A stretch of DNA of 62,412 nt, filler included, from a bacterium (GTDB taxonomy: Bacteria > JAMORN01): assembly GCA_027063545.1 (NCBI GenBank). It is 18 parts of 18 records of this genome, joined end to end, with 100 filler letters (N's around TTAATTAATTAA, not from the genome) between each part and the next. Parts side by side here need not be neighbours in the genome. Positions count along the whole stretch, not along the records: positions 10,096 to 20,006 come from JAMORN010000094.1; positions 20,107 to 21,700 come from JAMORN010000095.1; 16 more parts are not named here. One strand, given 5' to 3'. The notes under the pieces are model-generated. The model worked only from the letters and a program-made list of their open reading frames with translations, was not told where the DNA came from and searched no databases. Position 1 is the stretch's first letter. The number at the start of each line of letters is the position of its first letter. A program made the translations under genes and the position numbers. Below, piece by piece: positions 10,121 through 21,472 of the stretch.

Positions 10121-11053
10121 TTATTTTCCTCCTTTTTGTTTTCTTTTTATCAATTTAGCAAATTCTACATTACTTTTATGTCCCGGTCTGTAAACATAAA
10201 ATTTACCTTTTATTTTTTTATTTATCAAGTATAAATCTCCTATAAAATCTAAAAGTTTATGCACACATAATTCATTCTCTATTCTTAGATTCTTTTCCTT
10301 TGATAAATATAGTTTACTATATGAATCTATTTCATTTAAATAATTCAAATCTAAATTAAAGTACTCTGATATTTTCCTTTTTTGTTCCTCTGATAATTGT
10401 ATATCTTTTACTATTACAGCGGAATCTATACTACCACCTTTTATCAATTTATTATCTATTAAGTAAATAATTTCTGAAAGTAAAACAAATGTCCTTGCTG
10501 GTGCTACACTTTGCTTATAATTATTTTTTCTCTCACTAAAAAAACATTTTTGTTTTCCTATAATATCCTGCGGATACTCTATCTCCAATGTTACTTCAAA
10601 TTCATTATAAGGTTCTACTTTTATATAAGAAAAACCATCATCATAAACTATTTCTTCCTGTATAAAAAGTATATCATTATAATTATCTGAATACTTATAT
10701 ACACCTGTTTCTTCAATTTTTTTATAAATAGGAAGAGAAGAACCATCTAATATAGGCAACTCTGGGGAATCAACTTCTACTATCAAACTGTTTATTCCCC
10801 AAGCCCAGAATGCACTTAAAAAATGCTCTATTGTATAAACTAAATTATTACTATCTAATCCTAATATAGTATTTCTTTTGTTATCTATTATATTGTCCGG
10901 GTCCACTTTTATTAACCTTGAATCTTTTATATCTACTCTTTTGAAAAATATTCCCTCTTCATATGAGGGCTTTAAAATACAACGTGTTTTACATCCTGTA
11001 TGAAGTCCATAACCTTCAAAAACAATCTCACTCCTAATTGTTATCCCTGCCAT
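10121..11053 (-). CDS. lpxC: UDP-3-O-acyl-N-acetylglucosamine deacetylase
   Basis: GYGLHTG, TIEHFLSA, ELPILDGSS, APARTF, HKLLDFIGDL, GHKSN. Confidence 0.95.
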   Translation of the reverse strand: MAGITIRSEIVFEGYGLHTGCKTRCILKPSYEEGIFFKRVDIKDSRLIKVDPDNIIDNKRNTILGLDSNNLVYTIEHFLSAFWAWGINSLIVEVDSPELPILDGSSLPIYKKIEETGVYKYSDNYNDILFIQEEIVYDDGFSYIKVEPYNEFEVTLEIEYPQDIIGKQKCFFSERKNNYKQSVAPARTFVLLSEIIYLIDNKLIKGGSIDSAVIVKDIQLSEEQKRKISEYFNLDLNYLNEIDSYSKLYLSKEKNLRIENELCVHKLLDFIGDLYLINKKIKGKFYVYRPGHKSNVEFAKLIKRKQKGGK

Positions 11054-12111
11054 TATTTGATCTTATTTTTTAATTCCTCTATTTCTTTTTCAAGCTCTCG
11101 TATTTTTTTTACGTATTTTTCTAAATTATATAATAAACTTTCTGCTTTTCTCACCTCTATAAATTTCCTTGCAGGATATCCCGTCCATTCTTCTCCTGAT
11201 GGGATACTTTTAGATACACCTGCTTTTGCTCCTACTTTTACAAAATCTCCTGTAGAAATATGCCCAACAAATCCAGCTTGACCACCTATTATATTATATT
11301 TACCTATTTTAGTACTCCCAGAAATACCACTTTGTGCTGCTATTGCTGTATTCTCTCCAATTATAACATTATGGGCTATCTGAACTAAATTATCTATCTT
11401 TGAGCCTTTTTTGATTATAGTAGATTTTAAAGCTGCTCTATCTATAGTAGTATTAGCCCCTATTTCAACATCATCTTCTATTATCACATTTCCAACTTGA
11501 GGTATTTTTATATACTTTTCTCCATCAAAACTAAATCCAAATCCATCAGAACCTATAACACTTCCAGAATGAATTATTACATTATTACCTATCTCTACAC
11601 TTTCTCTTATGGTAACATTGGGATATATTATAACATTTTCTCCTATTTTTACATTATCTCCTATATATACAAAAGGATAAATAATTGTATTTTTACCAAT
11701 ACTAACGTTTTCACCTATATATACAAAATCACCAACAACAATATCTTTTCCTATTTCACTTTTAATAACAGTATATTTCCCCTCAAAATTAGGAGGCGCC
11801 ATCTCAAAAAATAAAGTTATAAGCTTTTGAAAATCCAAATAAGGATTTTTAGATAAAAGAAAACATTTATTAGTATAATTTAAAAACTTTTCTTTTTCTG
11901 AGATAGGTACTATTATATAATAAGCATTTGTTGTTTCTATATATTTATAATATTTAGGATTATGTAAAAATGTTATATCATTTTCTGATGCCTCCTCTAT
12001 TGGGGAGACATTATAAATAAAATCAAGCTTTATCTCCCCTAAAACTTCCCAACCAAAAAGTTCTATTAATTTTGATATCTCTAACTTACTATTTTTTCTT
12101 ATTAAGTTCAT
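11053..12111 (-). CDS. lpxD: UDP-3-O-(3-hydroxyacyl)glucosamine N-acyltransferase
   Basis: Hexapeptide repeats, [31 protein letters not shown]. Confidence 0.96.
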   Translation of the reverse strand: MNLIRKNSKLEISKLIELFGWEVLGEIKLDFIYNVSPIEEASENDITFLHNPKYYKYIETTNAYYIIVPISEKEKFLNYTNKCFLLSKNPYLDFQKLITLFFEMAPPNFEGKYTVIKSEIGKDIVVGDFVYIGENVSIGKNTIIYPFVYIGDNVKIGENVIIYPNVTIRESVEIGNNVIIHSGSVIGSDGFGFSFDGEKYIKIPQVGNVIIEDDVEIGANTTIDRAALKSTIIKKGSKIDNLVQIAHNVIIGENTAIAAQSGISGSTKIGKYNIIGGQAGFVGHISTGDFVKVGAKAGVSKSIPSGEEWTGYPARKFIEVRKAESLLYNLEKYVKKIRELEKEIEELKNKIK

Positions 12112-12610
12112 TGATCACCTTCTGGGTTAAATCATTTCTAGGATCTGCATATATTAAAATACCACTTGTAGCATTTATTATTACATCAAATCTTTCTTTT
12201 TGTGCAATTTTTTTAGCAACATCTTGTATTTCTTGAACTATAGGTTTTGTTAATTTTTCATTTTCCTGTACTAATAATCCATTATTGGGATCATATACTT
12301 GTTGCATAAATTTTTGTAATTCTAAGTATTTTTGTCTTATTAACTCCTCTTTTTGTTTGATTTTTTCTTTAGATAAAACAACCCTTTGTTCTTCTAACTC
12401 ATTCATCATTCTTTGAATCTCTTGATATCTTTTAGCCATCTCCTGCTCATAGGCTTGAGCTTTTTTATTTAATTCCTCTTGTACCTTTCTAAATCTAGGA
12501 ACTTTTGCAATAACTTGATTCACATCAACATATCCTATTTTTTGAGCAAATCCATCCACTACAAAAAATGTTAATAATAAAACAAATGTTAAAATTGTTA
12601 GTTTTTTCAT
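12089..12610 (-). CDS. skp: Periplasmic chaperone Skp/OmpH
   Basis: Signal peptide, AQKIGYVD, long coiled coil, ILIYAD..DLTQKVI; lies between bamA and lpxD. Confidence 0.93.
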   Translation of the reverse strand: MKKLTILTFVLLLTFFVVDGFAQKIGYVDVNQVIAKVPRFRKVQEELNKKAQAYEQEMAKRYQEIQRMMNELEEQRVVLSKEKIKQKEELIRQKYLELQKFMQQVYDPNNGLLVQENEKLTKPIVQEIQDVAKKIAQKERFDVIINATSGILIYADPRNDLTQKVINELNKKK

Positions 12611-12639
12611 CTGATACCTCCTACTTTCATTTAGTTTAT

Positions 12640-14922
12640 TTAAAATTCTTGGTTTATTTGAAAATGTATTCTAAATCCACCTATTCTATCATATTCATCT
12701 ATTATATTATTTTGATTAGAATCATATTTATCTAATCCCCAAGCAAAATCAAGCCCCAATATACCAAGACCTACTATAGAAGCCCTAAATCCAAATCCTA
12801 CAGATTTTTTTAGATCCATCATATTAACATCATAAAGTTCTTTCCATACATTACCCATATCTGAGAAAACTCCCATATAAAACATATGCTCTACAATTGA
12901 AAATCTATAATTAAGTCTTACTAAATACATTACTTTTCCCGGTCCAAAAGAATTATCATTATATCCCCTTAAAATTCCATCCCAAGAGCTTCCTCCTATA
13001 AGGAAGAAATCTGATACTAAATTATTTCCATCTACATTACCCGGGAGTTCAATCAAATAACCAAATTTATTTTTTACCTCAAAAACAAATCTCCAAAAAC
13101 TCTTAAAATATAAATTTGCTATAAATGTCTGTTTAAAATAATGCTTATCTCCCATTAAAATAGTTCCCGCTAATTCTGGATAATAACCAATAAAACTTCC
13201 TTTTGTAGGAAACTCCGGCCAATCAGTAGAATTTCTATAGATTCCCATTTTTATTTTACTTACATAAAAGCTTCCTGGAACATATCCTCTTAACAAATAA
13301 TAATCAGAAATATCAAAATATGTATATTTTTCTAAATAATATCCTAAAGAAATAGCAAAATAATCATCAGGCCATCTTAATTTTCTTCCACCTGTTATAC
13401 TTCCTCCTGTTCTTATTCTGGACATATAATTATAATATAACTCTTCATGATATAAAGAAAATCCTATACTTGTAGGTGTCCAAAATAAATAGGGTTCTCT
13501 AAATGAAAATCCATAATATCTTTTTGTACTACCATATTCCATGTTTATTCCTAAATATTGTCCATTACCTCTAAAATTTGGTATAGCTAAACTAAAAGTA
13601 CCTGTTAGACCATCTAAAGTATTATATGCAGCTCCTAGACTAATTTGTCCTGTAGGCTTTTCTTCAACTTTAAATACAATATCTACAGAATTTGAGTCAT
13701 ATGGAACAACATCTGGAATAACATTTTTAAAGAAATTAAGCTGTATTATTTCTCTCTGACTTCTTATAATATTTGATTGTCTATATATATCACCCGGTTT
13801 TACCCTTAGTTCTCTTCTTATTACAAATTCTTTTGTTTTTGTATTTCCTTTTATTATTACTTTATGAATATATGCAGGATAAGATTCATTTATATAAAAA
13901 TAAATGTCTACCAAACTATCTCTATATACATTCTTTGTTTTTATATTCATATAAATATAACCTTTTTCTGCATATAAAGAAGATATTTTATACTTTGCCT
14001 GTTTGAATTTTTTTATACTATAAACTTTTCCATATTTTATTCCAGTAGCCCTAGCCAATTGTAAAGAATCATAGATTGTGTTCCCTTTAAATATTAAATT
14101 TCCAAAATAATATCTATTCCCTTCGTTAATATCTATTTCAATCTTTACATTTCCATTGTCAAGATACTTTATTTTATAATCCTTTATCGTAACATCAAGA
14201 AAACCATTATCTTTATAATAATTCTTTATCTTTTCTAAATCACTTTTTAAAGAATCCTCTATAAAATTCGCTCCCCAAAATCTCCAAAATTTTTTCTCCT
14301 TTAAACTCATTATTTTTTTAAGTTTGCCATCTGGTATACTTTTATTACCAACAAATCTAATTTTCTTTATTTTTACTTTATTCCCTTCATCAATAGAAAA
14401 TGTTAAATAACATTTTGTTGTATCCCCATTTTTGAAATCAATTATATAATTAACATTTGCTTTACTATAACCTTTAGAATTATATAAATCTGTTATTATC
14501 TTAACTGAGTTAAATAATCCATTCTTTGTTAAATAACCATCCTTTTTTAATGGTATTGTATCTAAAATATCCTTATCTTTAATTTCATGATTACCAATAA
14601 TATTTATTTTAATAATCTTTGGATTCTCTCTTATAACAACCCTTACATCCACAGAATCATATCCTTTGACTCTGACCAGTACTTTTATATCATCAAATCT
14701 ATCTGTCTTATACAAAAATTTTATTCCTCTCGCTACAATTGAAGGATTATATACCCCTCCCTTAATTAATCCTAAATTCTTTTCTACAATATAAGCTGTA
14801 CTTTTAGAAAAGCCCCCTTCTACCTTTACATCTGATATATATAGTTTACTATTATACTGAGCATAAACAATACTTATACATGTAAATAATAATATAAACA
14901 TAAAAAACATTCTATTTCTCAT
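12640..14922 (-). CDS. bamA: Outer membrane protein assembly factor BamA
   Basis: POTRA repeats (GNTKTKEFVIRREL), PNFRGNGQ, L6 motif ILRGY, terminal Phe (FQINQEF). Confidence 0.95.
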   Translation of the reverse strand: MRNRMFFMFILLFTCISIVYAQYNSKLYISDVKVEGGFSKSTAYIVEKNLGLIKGGVYNPSIVARGIKFLYKTDRFDDIKVLVRVKGYDSVDVRVVIRENPKIIKINIIGNHEIKDKDILDTIPLKKDGYLTKNGLFNSVKIITDLYNSKGYSKANVNYIIDFKNGDTTKCYLTFSIDEGNKVKIKKIRFVGNKSIPDGKLKKIMSLKEKKFWRFWGANFIEDSLKSDLEKIKNYYKDNGFLDVTIKDYKIKYLDNGNVKIEIDINEGNRYYFGNLIFKGNTIYDSLQLARATGIKYGKVYSIKKFKQAKYKISSLYAEKGYIYMNIKTKNVYRDSLVDIYFYINESYPAYIHKVIIKGNTKTKEFVIRRELRVKPGDIYRQSNIIRSQREIIQLNFFKNVIPDVVPYDSNSVDIVFKVEEKPTGQISLGAAYNTLDGLTGTFSLAIPNFRGNGQYLGINMEYGSTKRYYGFSFREPYLFWTPTSIGFSLYHEELYYNYMSRIRTGGSITGGRKLRWPDDYFAISLGYYLEKYTYFDISDYYLLRGYVPGSFYVSKIKMGIYRNSTDWPEFPTKGSFIGYYPELAGTILMGDKHYFKQTFIANLYFKSFWRFVFEVKNKFGYLIELPGNVDGNNLVSDFFLIGGSSWDGILRGYNDNSFGPGKVMYLVRLNYRFSIVEHMFYMGVFSDMGNVWKELYDVNMMDLKKSVGFGFRASIVGLGILGLDFAWGLDKYDSNQNNIIDEYDRIGGFRIHFQINQEF

Positions 14923-14924
14923 AT

Positions 14925-17900
14925 CTATTTATCTCCCTTCATTTTTAAAGGTATATTTAAAATAATTCCATAACTTGTATATGGCAAATATGTATTTAGT
15001 GTTGGATCATAGTTAATCTTAAAATTTAATTGAACCATTGGATTTATATTATATTCTATACCTAAAGAATGAATTAATTTTAATTTATCAGTTGTAGACT
15101 CTTCCAATATACCTGAATAGTTTAAAAATAACCTATTGCCTAAATAAGTCCCAAAACCAAATGAAGTACCTCTTAATAAAGATACAAAATTTTTATTTAG
15201 TAAATCTTTATCTGTATAATATGTGTAATAATTTGAAAATAAACGACTTCTAAAGTCTAAAAAATCAATAAATGGTAATTTTAAATACCTATTAAGCCAT
15301 GAATTAATATATCTATCAACAAAATAGTCTTCTCCTAACTCTATTGTTTGCGCTGTTAATTTAACACTCTCTTCTTTATTACCAACTTCCTCTGGATTTA
15401 TGCCAAATATAGAAGAAAATATCTCCTTTTGTACAGATTCATAATCCCTAATATCAAGAAGAGCAGGATCTGATAATTCAAATTTTATCTCACCAGGTCT
15501 TCCCCTTGTTCTATAATATTCATCACCCTCTTCTTTTACTTTAATTATAAGCTCTATTTTTCTTGATGTATTATTAGAGCTTTTGGCAATATAAAATGCT
15601 TTACCTGAAATAATTGGGATATTATTATAGGTACCATCATATAATTTCTCAGGTATAAACTCTAGAGTTATTCTTTCAATAGTAAAATATTTCCCATAAA
15701 ATATTCTACCATTTAGAGTTGAAGTTACTTCTCCATATAATCTTAATGTATAATAATTCCCTTTTACAATAATATATGATGTCTCATCTATTTTTGCCTT
15801 TATTATTTCTTTGCCTTTTAAATACTTTCTACTTTTAAAATAGTAAATAACATTTGATTTTGGCTTTACGTATAAGTCATATTTAACTCTATATACAAAA
15901 TCATTATCATCACTATTTGATAAGCTATCATTATTATAATTTTCATAATAGGATTCAGGGGGAGGAAAAGTAAATTTTGTATTTTCAATATAAATTTTTC
16001 CTTTTATAGTAGGTGCTTCTAAAGGTCCTAATATTGAGAAATATTTTAAACTATCTTTACCTGCTATATATATTTTCCCTTTATCATGTTTATCTTGAAA
16101 TAACGAAAAATGAACAGGTATACCCTTTTTGCTAGTTTTTATATTTATTATCCCAAAATCTAATATATTCTCAAGTTTTAAATGGGTATAAAATTTATTA
16201 AATGAATTAAAAATATAAATAGTATCTTTTTTTGATACATTTGTTGTTATATTAAATTTAACTTTATTATTTACTATATCTATTTTTCCTTTTACATTTT
16301 TTATATTAGGAATTAAATTATACATATATATATTATCTACATATAAATTTCCTGAACCATTTATATATAAAGAATCATTGTGAGTATGAATATTTATGAA
16401 TAACACAGAATTTTCATTCTCTACTTTTGAAAAAGCAGGAATATATTTATTAAATTCTTTCAATAGCTCTCCTTTGCCTATTAGGTGTAGAACTAAATTT
16501 CTATTATCCACTAATGGATATTTACCATTTGCATAAATCTTTAATTTTTTTGATATTGTGTTTATATTATTAAAAATAATAAAATTTGGTGTTATTTTAC
16601 CAATTATTTTAATATTATTTAAATAGGTCTTTTCTATTTTAATATTGCTCCCCAAAATTTTTAAATTACCTTTTATATTATCTTTTAACTCTAATATTTT
16701 ATCTTTATAATAACTATTTAAAGATAAAATATAATTCAGCTTACCACCTAAAGTTAATCCTACTAAAGAATTCAACACCTTTAAATTCAATTTGTGTTTT
16801 TTTATGATAAGATATAGTTTTTTGTTCTTTAACTTTAGATTGGATATCTTAAGTATAGAGTATTTATCATAAAAAATATCAAGAGGATAACCCAAATACA
16901 GACTATCTTTTGTATATACCAAATTAATATATGTTTTAAAATTTTTTGGAATGTCTTTAAATTTTATTTTATCTAATGTTAAGTATGTTCGAACAAAAGG
17001 GCTATCTAAACTCCCTGTTACTATAATTTCTCCTTTTAAATTTACTTTAAAAGGATAATCCTCATCTTTATATACTAGCTTAAAATTATTAAATCTTAAA
17101 TTGAAATTTATATTGTTAGTATCACTTTGAAGATTAAAAATAACTCCTTTAGCAAATACTTCATCTTTATAGTTTAAATAACTTAAAATAATATTGTTTG
17201 TATCAACATTTAAAAGAAAATCAATTTTATATAAATAATTATTCACAAATATATTTGTGGAGTCCGAGAGAATTTTAAACTTATACCCATAATCATTTAT
17301 AACACCATTAATTTTTAAATTAGAATAGTACCAGAATAGCTTTCTATCATCATACTTTCCAGATAAATTTGCTTTTATATTATAGATACTATCATCTTCT
17401 ATATACATTGTAAAATTCGATTTTCCTTTACCAAATAACTTTGGAGTTTTAAAAGCCATATCAAGGGCTATATTATTAAAAGTACCATATACTTTTATTA
17501 AATTTGTATCTATAATATTGGTTTTTATATTAGCCAAATATGGAATATAAAAATTGATTAAATTCCCTTTTTTATATAAGCTAAATTTAGAATTAGGTTT
17601 TTTAAATACAATATTACCATATTTAAATTTATAAAAACGTCCATAACCATTTATATCAAAGTTAGAATAAATACTAATTTTAGAATTCTTTACTTCTGTA
17701 TAAAAAATTATATTAAATAACTTAAGATAAGAAAAAAACTTTTTAAGAGTTATATCTATCTTCCAATTTAAAGAACTATCCATCTCAAATAAGAAATAAC
17801 CATATATCCTATTCTTTCTATAAAACTTTGTAATAACATTTAAATCCTTTTTTATAAAACTATAACTCCCAACACCTGAAAATTTCTCTATACTAGTTGT

Positions 17901-19022
17901 ATCCATAAAAATTGTATTTTTACCTTTAAAATCAAAATTCATCTTTTGGTTATCTATATACAAAGAGAAATCTATTTTCCCATTATCTACCATTTTTATC
18001 TGAGGGAAAAATTTGAAGATAAAATGATTATTTATATTAGCATCTTTTTCATTCAAAAAGAATTTATATTTTATACTATCTAAATTAAATTTACCATATA
18101 ACTTAAGTGTATCTGGTTTTTTAATATCTCCATGAAGTAAAGAAAAATTTTTAAAAATAAAATTATTATCATCAATTAAAATATTTCCATCAGTTTTTCT
18201 AAATATAATAGAATCATCTACAGAAAAATTTACATCATTAAGAGATAAAATTCCGTTTACATTTAAGTTTTTTATCTTTTCAAAAGTAATATTCACTTTT
18301 CCATCTATATTACCACCAAAAAATTCTAAGGGCTTTACTAAATATGTAGAATAGGTAGATGTTATATTGATATTATTAAAAATAATACTCATATTAATTT
18401 CTTCATCTAAATTATTAGATGTAGCCCTTATAGAACTTTTTGTCTTTAAAGACTCAAAATTCCCTTTTAATTCTAATATATATTTAATAGAATTTTTAGG
18501 AATATATGAATAATATCCTATTAAATTATATATTCCCAAATACTTTTTATTGTTTATATATAAATTGAAATTTAGATCTAATGTAGAAATATAAGAAAAA
18601 AAACGCATAAAACTTAAAGTTGGATTAGACGAATTATTCCCTTGAGTATTTATATACAATTTAAAATTTAAACTATCAGTATTTAAAATAAAAGCTTCAT
18701 CAAAATTTTTTTTCAATAAAAAAGGTAATCTTTTATAATTAAATTTAAATATAACATTGTATCCATATATATAAAAAGTACTATCTTTATATATTTCTAC
18801 ATTTTCTCCCTTTATATAAAATGGGAATAAGTTAATTTTTATAGAACTATCATTAAATACAATATTCCAATTTTTAAATAATCCCTTTAAAAAAAGGTCA
18901 ATATGCTCTTCTAGTTTGTTTTTATTTAAAAAAACAAATAAACTTATTACTAAAAAAATAAATAACAATAAAAATACTATAAAACTACTTATTATCCCTA
19001 ATAACTTTAACTTTAATTTCAT
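14925..19022 (-). CDS. Large AsmA/TamB-like intermembrane bridge protein
   Basis: 1365 aa, single N-terminal TM anchor, beta-rich, GSLDSP and GPLEAP motifs, directly upstream of bamA. Confidence 0.65.
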   Translation of the reverse strand: MKLKLKLLGIISSFIVFLLLFIFLVISLFVFLNKNKLEEHIDLFLKGLFKNWNIVFNDSSIKINLFPFYIKGENVEIYKDSTFYIYGYNVIFKFNYKRLPFLLKKNFDEAFILNTDSLNFKLYINTQGNNSSNPTLSFMRFFSYISTLDLNFNLYINNKKYLGIYNLIGYYSYIPKNSIKYILELKGNFESLKTKSSIRATSNNLDEEINMSIIFNNINITSTYSTYLVKPLEFFGGNIDGKVNITFEKIKNLNVNGILSLNDVNFSVDDSIIFRKTDGNILIDDNNFIFKNFSLLHGDIKKPDTLKLYGKFNLDSIKYKFFLNEKDANINNHFIFKFFPQIKMVDNGKIDFSLYIDNQKMNFDFKGKNTIFMDTTSIEKFSGVGSYSFIKKDLNVITKFYRKNRIYGYFLFEMDSSLNWKIDITLKKFFSYLKLFNIIFYTEVKNSKISIYSNFDINGYGRFYKFKYGNIVFKKPNSKFSLYKKGNLINFYIPYLANIKTNIIDTNLIKVYGTFNNIALDMAFKTPKLFGKGKSNFTMYIEDDSIYNIKANLSGKYDDRKLFWYYSNLKINGVINDYGYKFKILSDSTNIFVNNYLYKIDFLLNVDTNNIILSYLNYKDEVFAKGVIFNLQSDTNNINFNLRFNNFKLVYKDEDYPFKVNLKGEIIVTGSLDSPFVRTYLTLDKIKFKDIPKNFKTYINLVYTKDSLYLGYPLDIFYDKYSILKISNLKLKNKKLYLIIKKHKLNLKVLNSLVGLTLGGKLNYILSLNSYYKDKILELKDNIKGNLKILGSNIKIEKTYLNNIKIIGKITPNFIIFNNINTISKKLKIYANGKYPLVDNRNLVLHLIGKGELLKEFNKYIPAFSKVENENSVLFINIHTHNDSLYINGSGNLYVDNIYMYNLIPNIKNVKGKIDIVNNKVKFNITTNVSKKDTIYIFNSFNKFYTHLKLENILDFGIINIKTSKKGIPVHFSLFQDKHDKGKIYIAGKDSLKYFSILGPLEAPTIKGKIYIENTKFTFPPPESYYENYNNDSLSNSDDNDFVYRVKYDLYVKPKSNVIYYFKSRKYLKGKEIIKAKIDETSYIIVKGNYYTLRLYGEVTSTLNGRIFYGKYFTIERITLEFIPEKLYDGTYNNIPIISGKAFYIAKSSNNTSRKIELIIKVKEEGDEYYRTRGRPGEIKFELSDPALLDIRDYESVQKEIFSSIFGINPEEVGNKEESVKLTAQTIELGEDYFVDRYINSWLNRYLKLPFIDFLDFRSRLFSNYYTYYTDKDLLNKNFVSLLRGTSFGFGTYLGNRLFLNYSGILEESTTDKLKLIHSLGIEYNINPMVQLNFKINYDPTLNTYLPYTSYGIILNIPLKMKGDK

Positions 19023-20006
19023 TTTTATTATTCAAAGATATCTTAACTATAGCATTTTCCAGTATATTCTCTTCCAATAATTTTTGGGTTATTTTATCCT
19101 CTATTAATTTTTGGATATTTCTCCTTAAAGGTCTAGCACCTAAGTTTGGATCATAATTGTAATCCACTAAAAATTCTTTTACTTTTTTACTAACTTGAAG
19201 TCTTATATTTTTTAATTTAAGTCTTTCTTTTACCTCTTGAAGCATATTATCTACTATCTTTATTAAATGTTCTTTAGATAATTTATTAAATAGTATTATT
19301 TCATCAATTCTATTTAAAAACTCTGGAGAAAAAATATCTTTTGTCTTCTCCATTAATTTCTGTTTTAGTTCTTCTTCGTCTTCTATGATATTTACCTTTC
19401 CAAAACCAACCTTTTTCTCTAAAGATAACTCTTTTACTCCAATATTTGAAGTCATTATGATTATTGTATTCTTAAAACTAACCTTTACCCCTGAAGAATC
19501 TGTTAGGTGTCCATCTTCCATTATCTGAAGCAAAATATTGAAAACATCAGGATGAGCTTTTTCAATCTCATCTAAAAGTATAATTGAATATGGCTTTCTC
19601 CTAACCCTTTCTGTTAATTGTCCGCCTTCATTATATCCTACATAGCCTGGAGGAGCTCCTATTAATTTAGATACATTAAACTTTTCCATATATTCACTCA
19701 TATCAAGTCTTATCAGATTATCTTGAGATCCAAACATATATTCAGCCAATCTTTTTGCTAACTCTGTTTTTCCTACTCCAGATGGACCTAAAAATAAAAA
19801 TACACCAATTGGTCTATTTGGATTTTTAAGGCCTAGTCTAGCTCTTCTTATAGCATTGGACAAAGTTTCTATTGCATGATCCTGCCCTATAATCTGTTTC
19901 TTTAATTCTTCAGCCATTTTTGCTAAACGTTTAGATTCAGATGCCTTAATATTTGATAAAGGAATACCTGTTATATCAGAAATAACTTCTCTTATTATAT
20001 CTTCAT
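18985..20006 (-). CDS. clpC: ATP-dependent Clp protease ATP-binding subunit, C-terminal part
   Basis: Frame open to contig end (ITGIPL); GPSGVGKT, DMSEYMEK, LIGAPPGYVGY, DEIEKAHPDV, ClpP-binding VGF loop, GARPLRR. Confidence 0.92.
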
Positions 20007-20130
20007 NNNNNNNNNNNNNNNNNNNNNNNNNNNNNNNNNNNNNNNNNNNNTTAATTAATTAANNNNNNNNNNNNNNNNNNNNNNNNNNNNNNNNNNNNNN
20101 NNNNNNATATATAAAACTTGAAAAAGTATG

Positions 20131-21444
20131 TTAAAAGAAACGAATATACAAATATAAAGAAGATATTAAAAGAACCAAAATCATAGAAGGAACACCATAC
20201 TTAGCAAACTTTCCAAATGAAATTTCATAACCATTCTTCTTTGCCATTTGTACAATTATTACATTATCAGATGCTCCTATTATAGTAGCCACCCCACCAA
20301 GACAAGCTCCTAAAGCCAAAGCCCACCATATTACTTCTATATTACCAGAATATAAAGATGATTCTTCCACATGTTTAAGCATAGGTATTAATGCTGCAAC
20401 AAGAGGTATATTATCAACAATGGCAGATATTATAGCAGCACCCCATAAAATTACAAAAGTTAATATTAGTAAACTATTTCCTGAAATATCAATTAGTTTT
20501 TCTGATATATATTTTAAAACTCCCAACTCTTCCAAAGTTCCTACCATAATAAATAATCCAGCAAAAAACAAAATAGTACTCCATTCTAAATTTTTAAATA
20601 GTTCCTCAGGTTCATCTTTATCAATTAATAATATTATACTGGCACCAAAAAGTGCTATAAAACTAGCTTCTATATCTATATATTCATGAACAAAAAATAA
20701 CAAAATTGTTCCTAAAAGTACGCTTAATGATTGAATGAAAAATTTTTTATCCTTTATTGCTGCTTTAGGATTTAAATTTTTAAGTCTTGCCTGAGCCTCT
20801 ATCGAAACTTTTAATTTATTTCTAAATAAAAAGTAAAGAATAGTATTTAAAACTATCATCATTACTATAACAGGGGGAGCTAAAGTTTTTATAAAATCCA
20901 TAAAAGATAGATGTCTTGCACTACCAATTAAAAGGTTAGGGGGATCACCTATTAAGGTAGCTGTACCACCAATATTTCCTACAATAGCTTCAAGAATTAA
21001 TATAGGAGTAGGATTTATTTCAAGTTGTTGAGATATAGCTAATGTTATAGGAACTATTAGAATAGCTGTGGTAACATTATCTAAAAAAGCAGAAGTAAAA
21101 GCATGAAAAGAGAGGATCCATATGATTATTTTTATAGGATTACCTTTTGCTTTTTTAGCGATCCAAGCGCCAACAAATTCAAAGAGTCCAGTTTTTCCAA
21201 CAACTTCAGCAATGATCATCATTCCTATTAAAAGGAAAATTACATTAAAGTCTATATATTTAAAAACATCTTTAGAGTGAATCAAATGAAGTCCAACCAT
21301 AGCACTTGCGCCTAAAAGTGCAATTATTGTTTTATTTATTTTTTCAGTAGCAATAAAAATATAAGCAGATAAAAATATTAAAATAGCAATAAATGATTGA
21401 TAAGTTAAAGAAATATTACTAATAGAATTTATATGATGTTCCAT
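20131..21444 (-). CDS. ArsB/NhaD-family (IT superfamily) transporter
   Basis: SAFLDNVTT, NIGGTATLIGDPPN, SAIVDNIP, WWALALGACLGG. Confidence 0.92.
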   Translation of the reverse strand: MEHHINSISNISLTYQSFIAILIFLSAYIFIATEKINKTIIALLGASAMVGLHLIHSKDVFKYIDFNVIFLLIGMMIIAEVVGKTGLFEFVGAWIAKKAKGNPIKIIIWILSFHAFTSAFLDNVTTAILIVPITLAISQQLEINPTPILILEAIVGNIGGTATLIGDPPNLLIGSARHLSFMDFIKTLAPPVIVMMIVLNTILYFLFRNKLKVSIEAQARLKNLNPKAAIKDKKFFIQSLSVLLGTILLFFVHEYIDIEASFIALFGASIILLIDKDEPEELFKNLEWSTILFFAGLFIMVGTLEELGVLKYISEKLIDISGNSLLILTFVILWGAAIISAIVDNIPLVAALIPMLKHVEESSLYSGNIEVIWWALALGACLGGVATIIGASDNVIIVQMAKKNGYEISFGKFAKYGVPSMILVLLISSLYLYIRFF

Positions 21445-21472
21445 ATATTTAAGGTTTTTCTATAGTTAGAAT

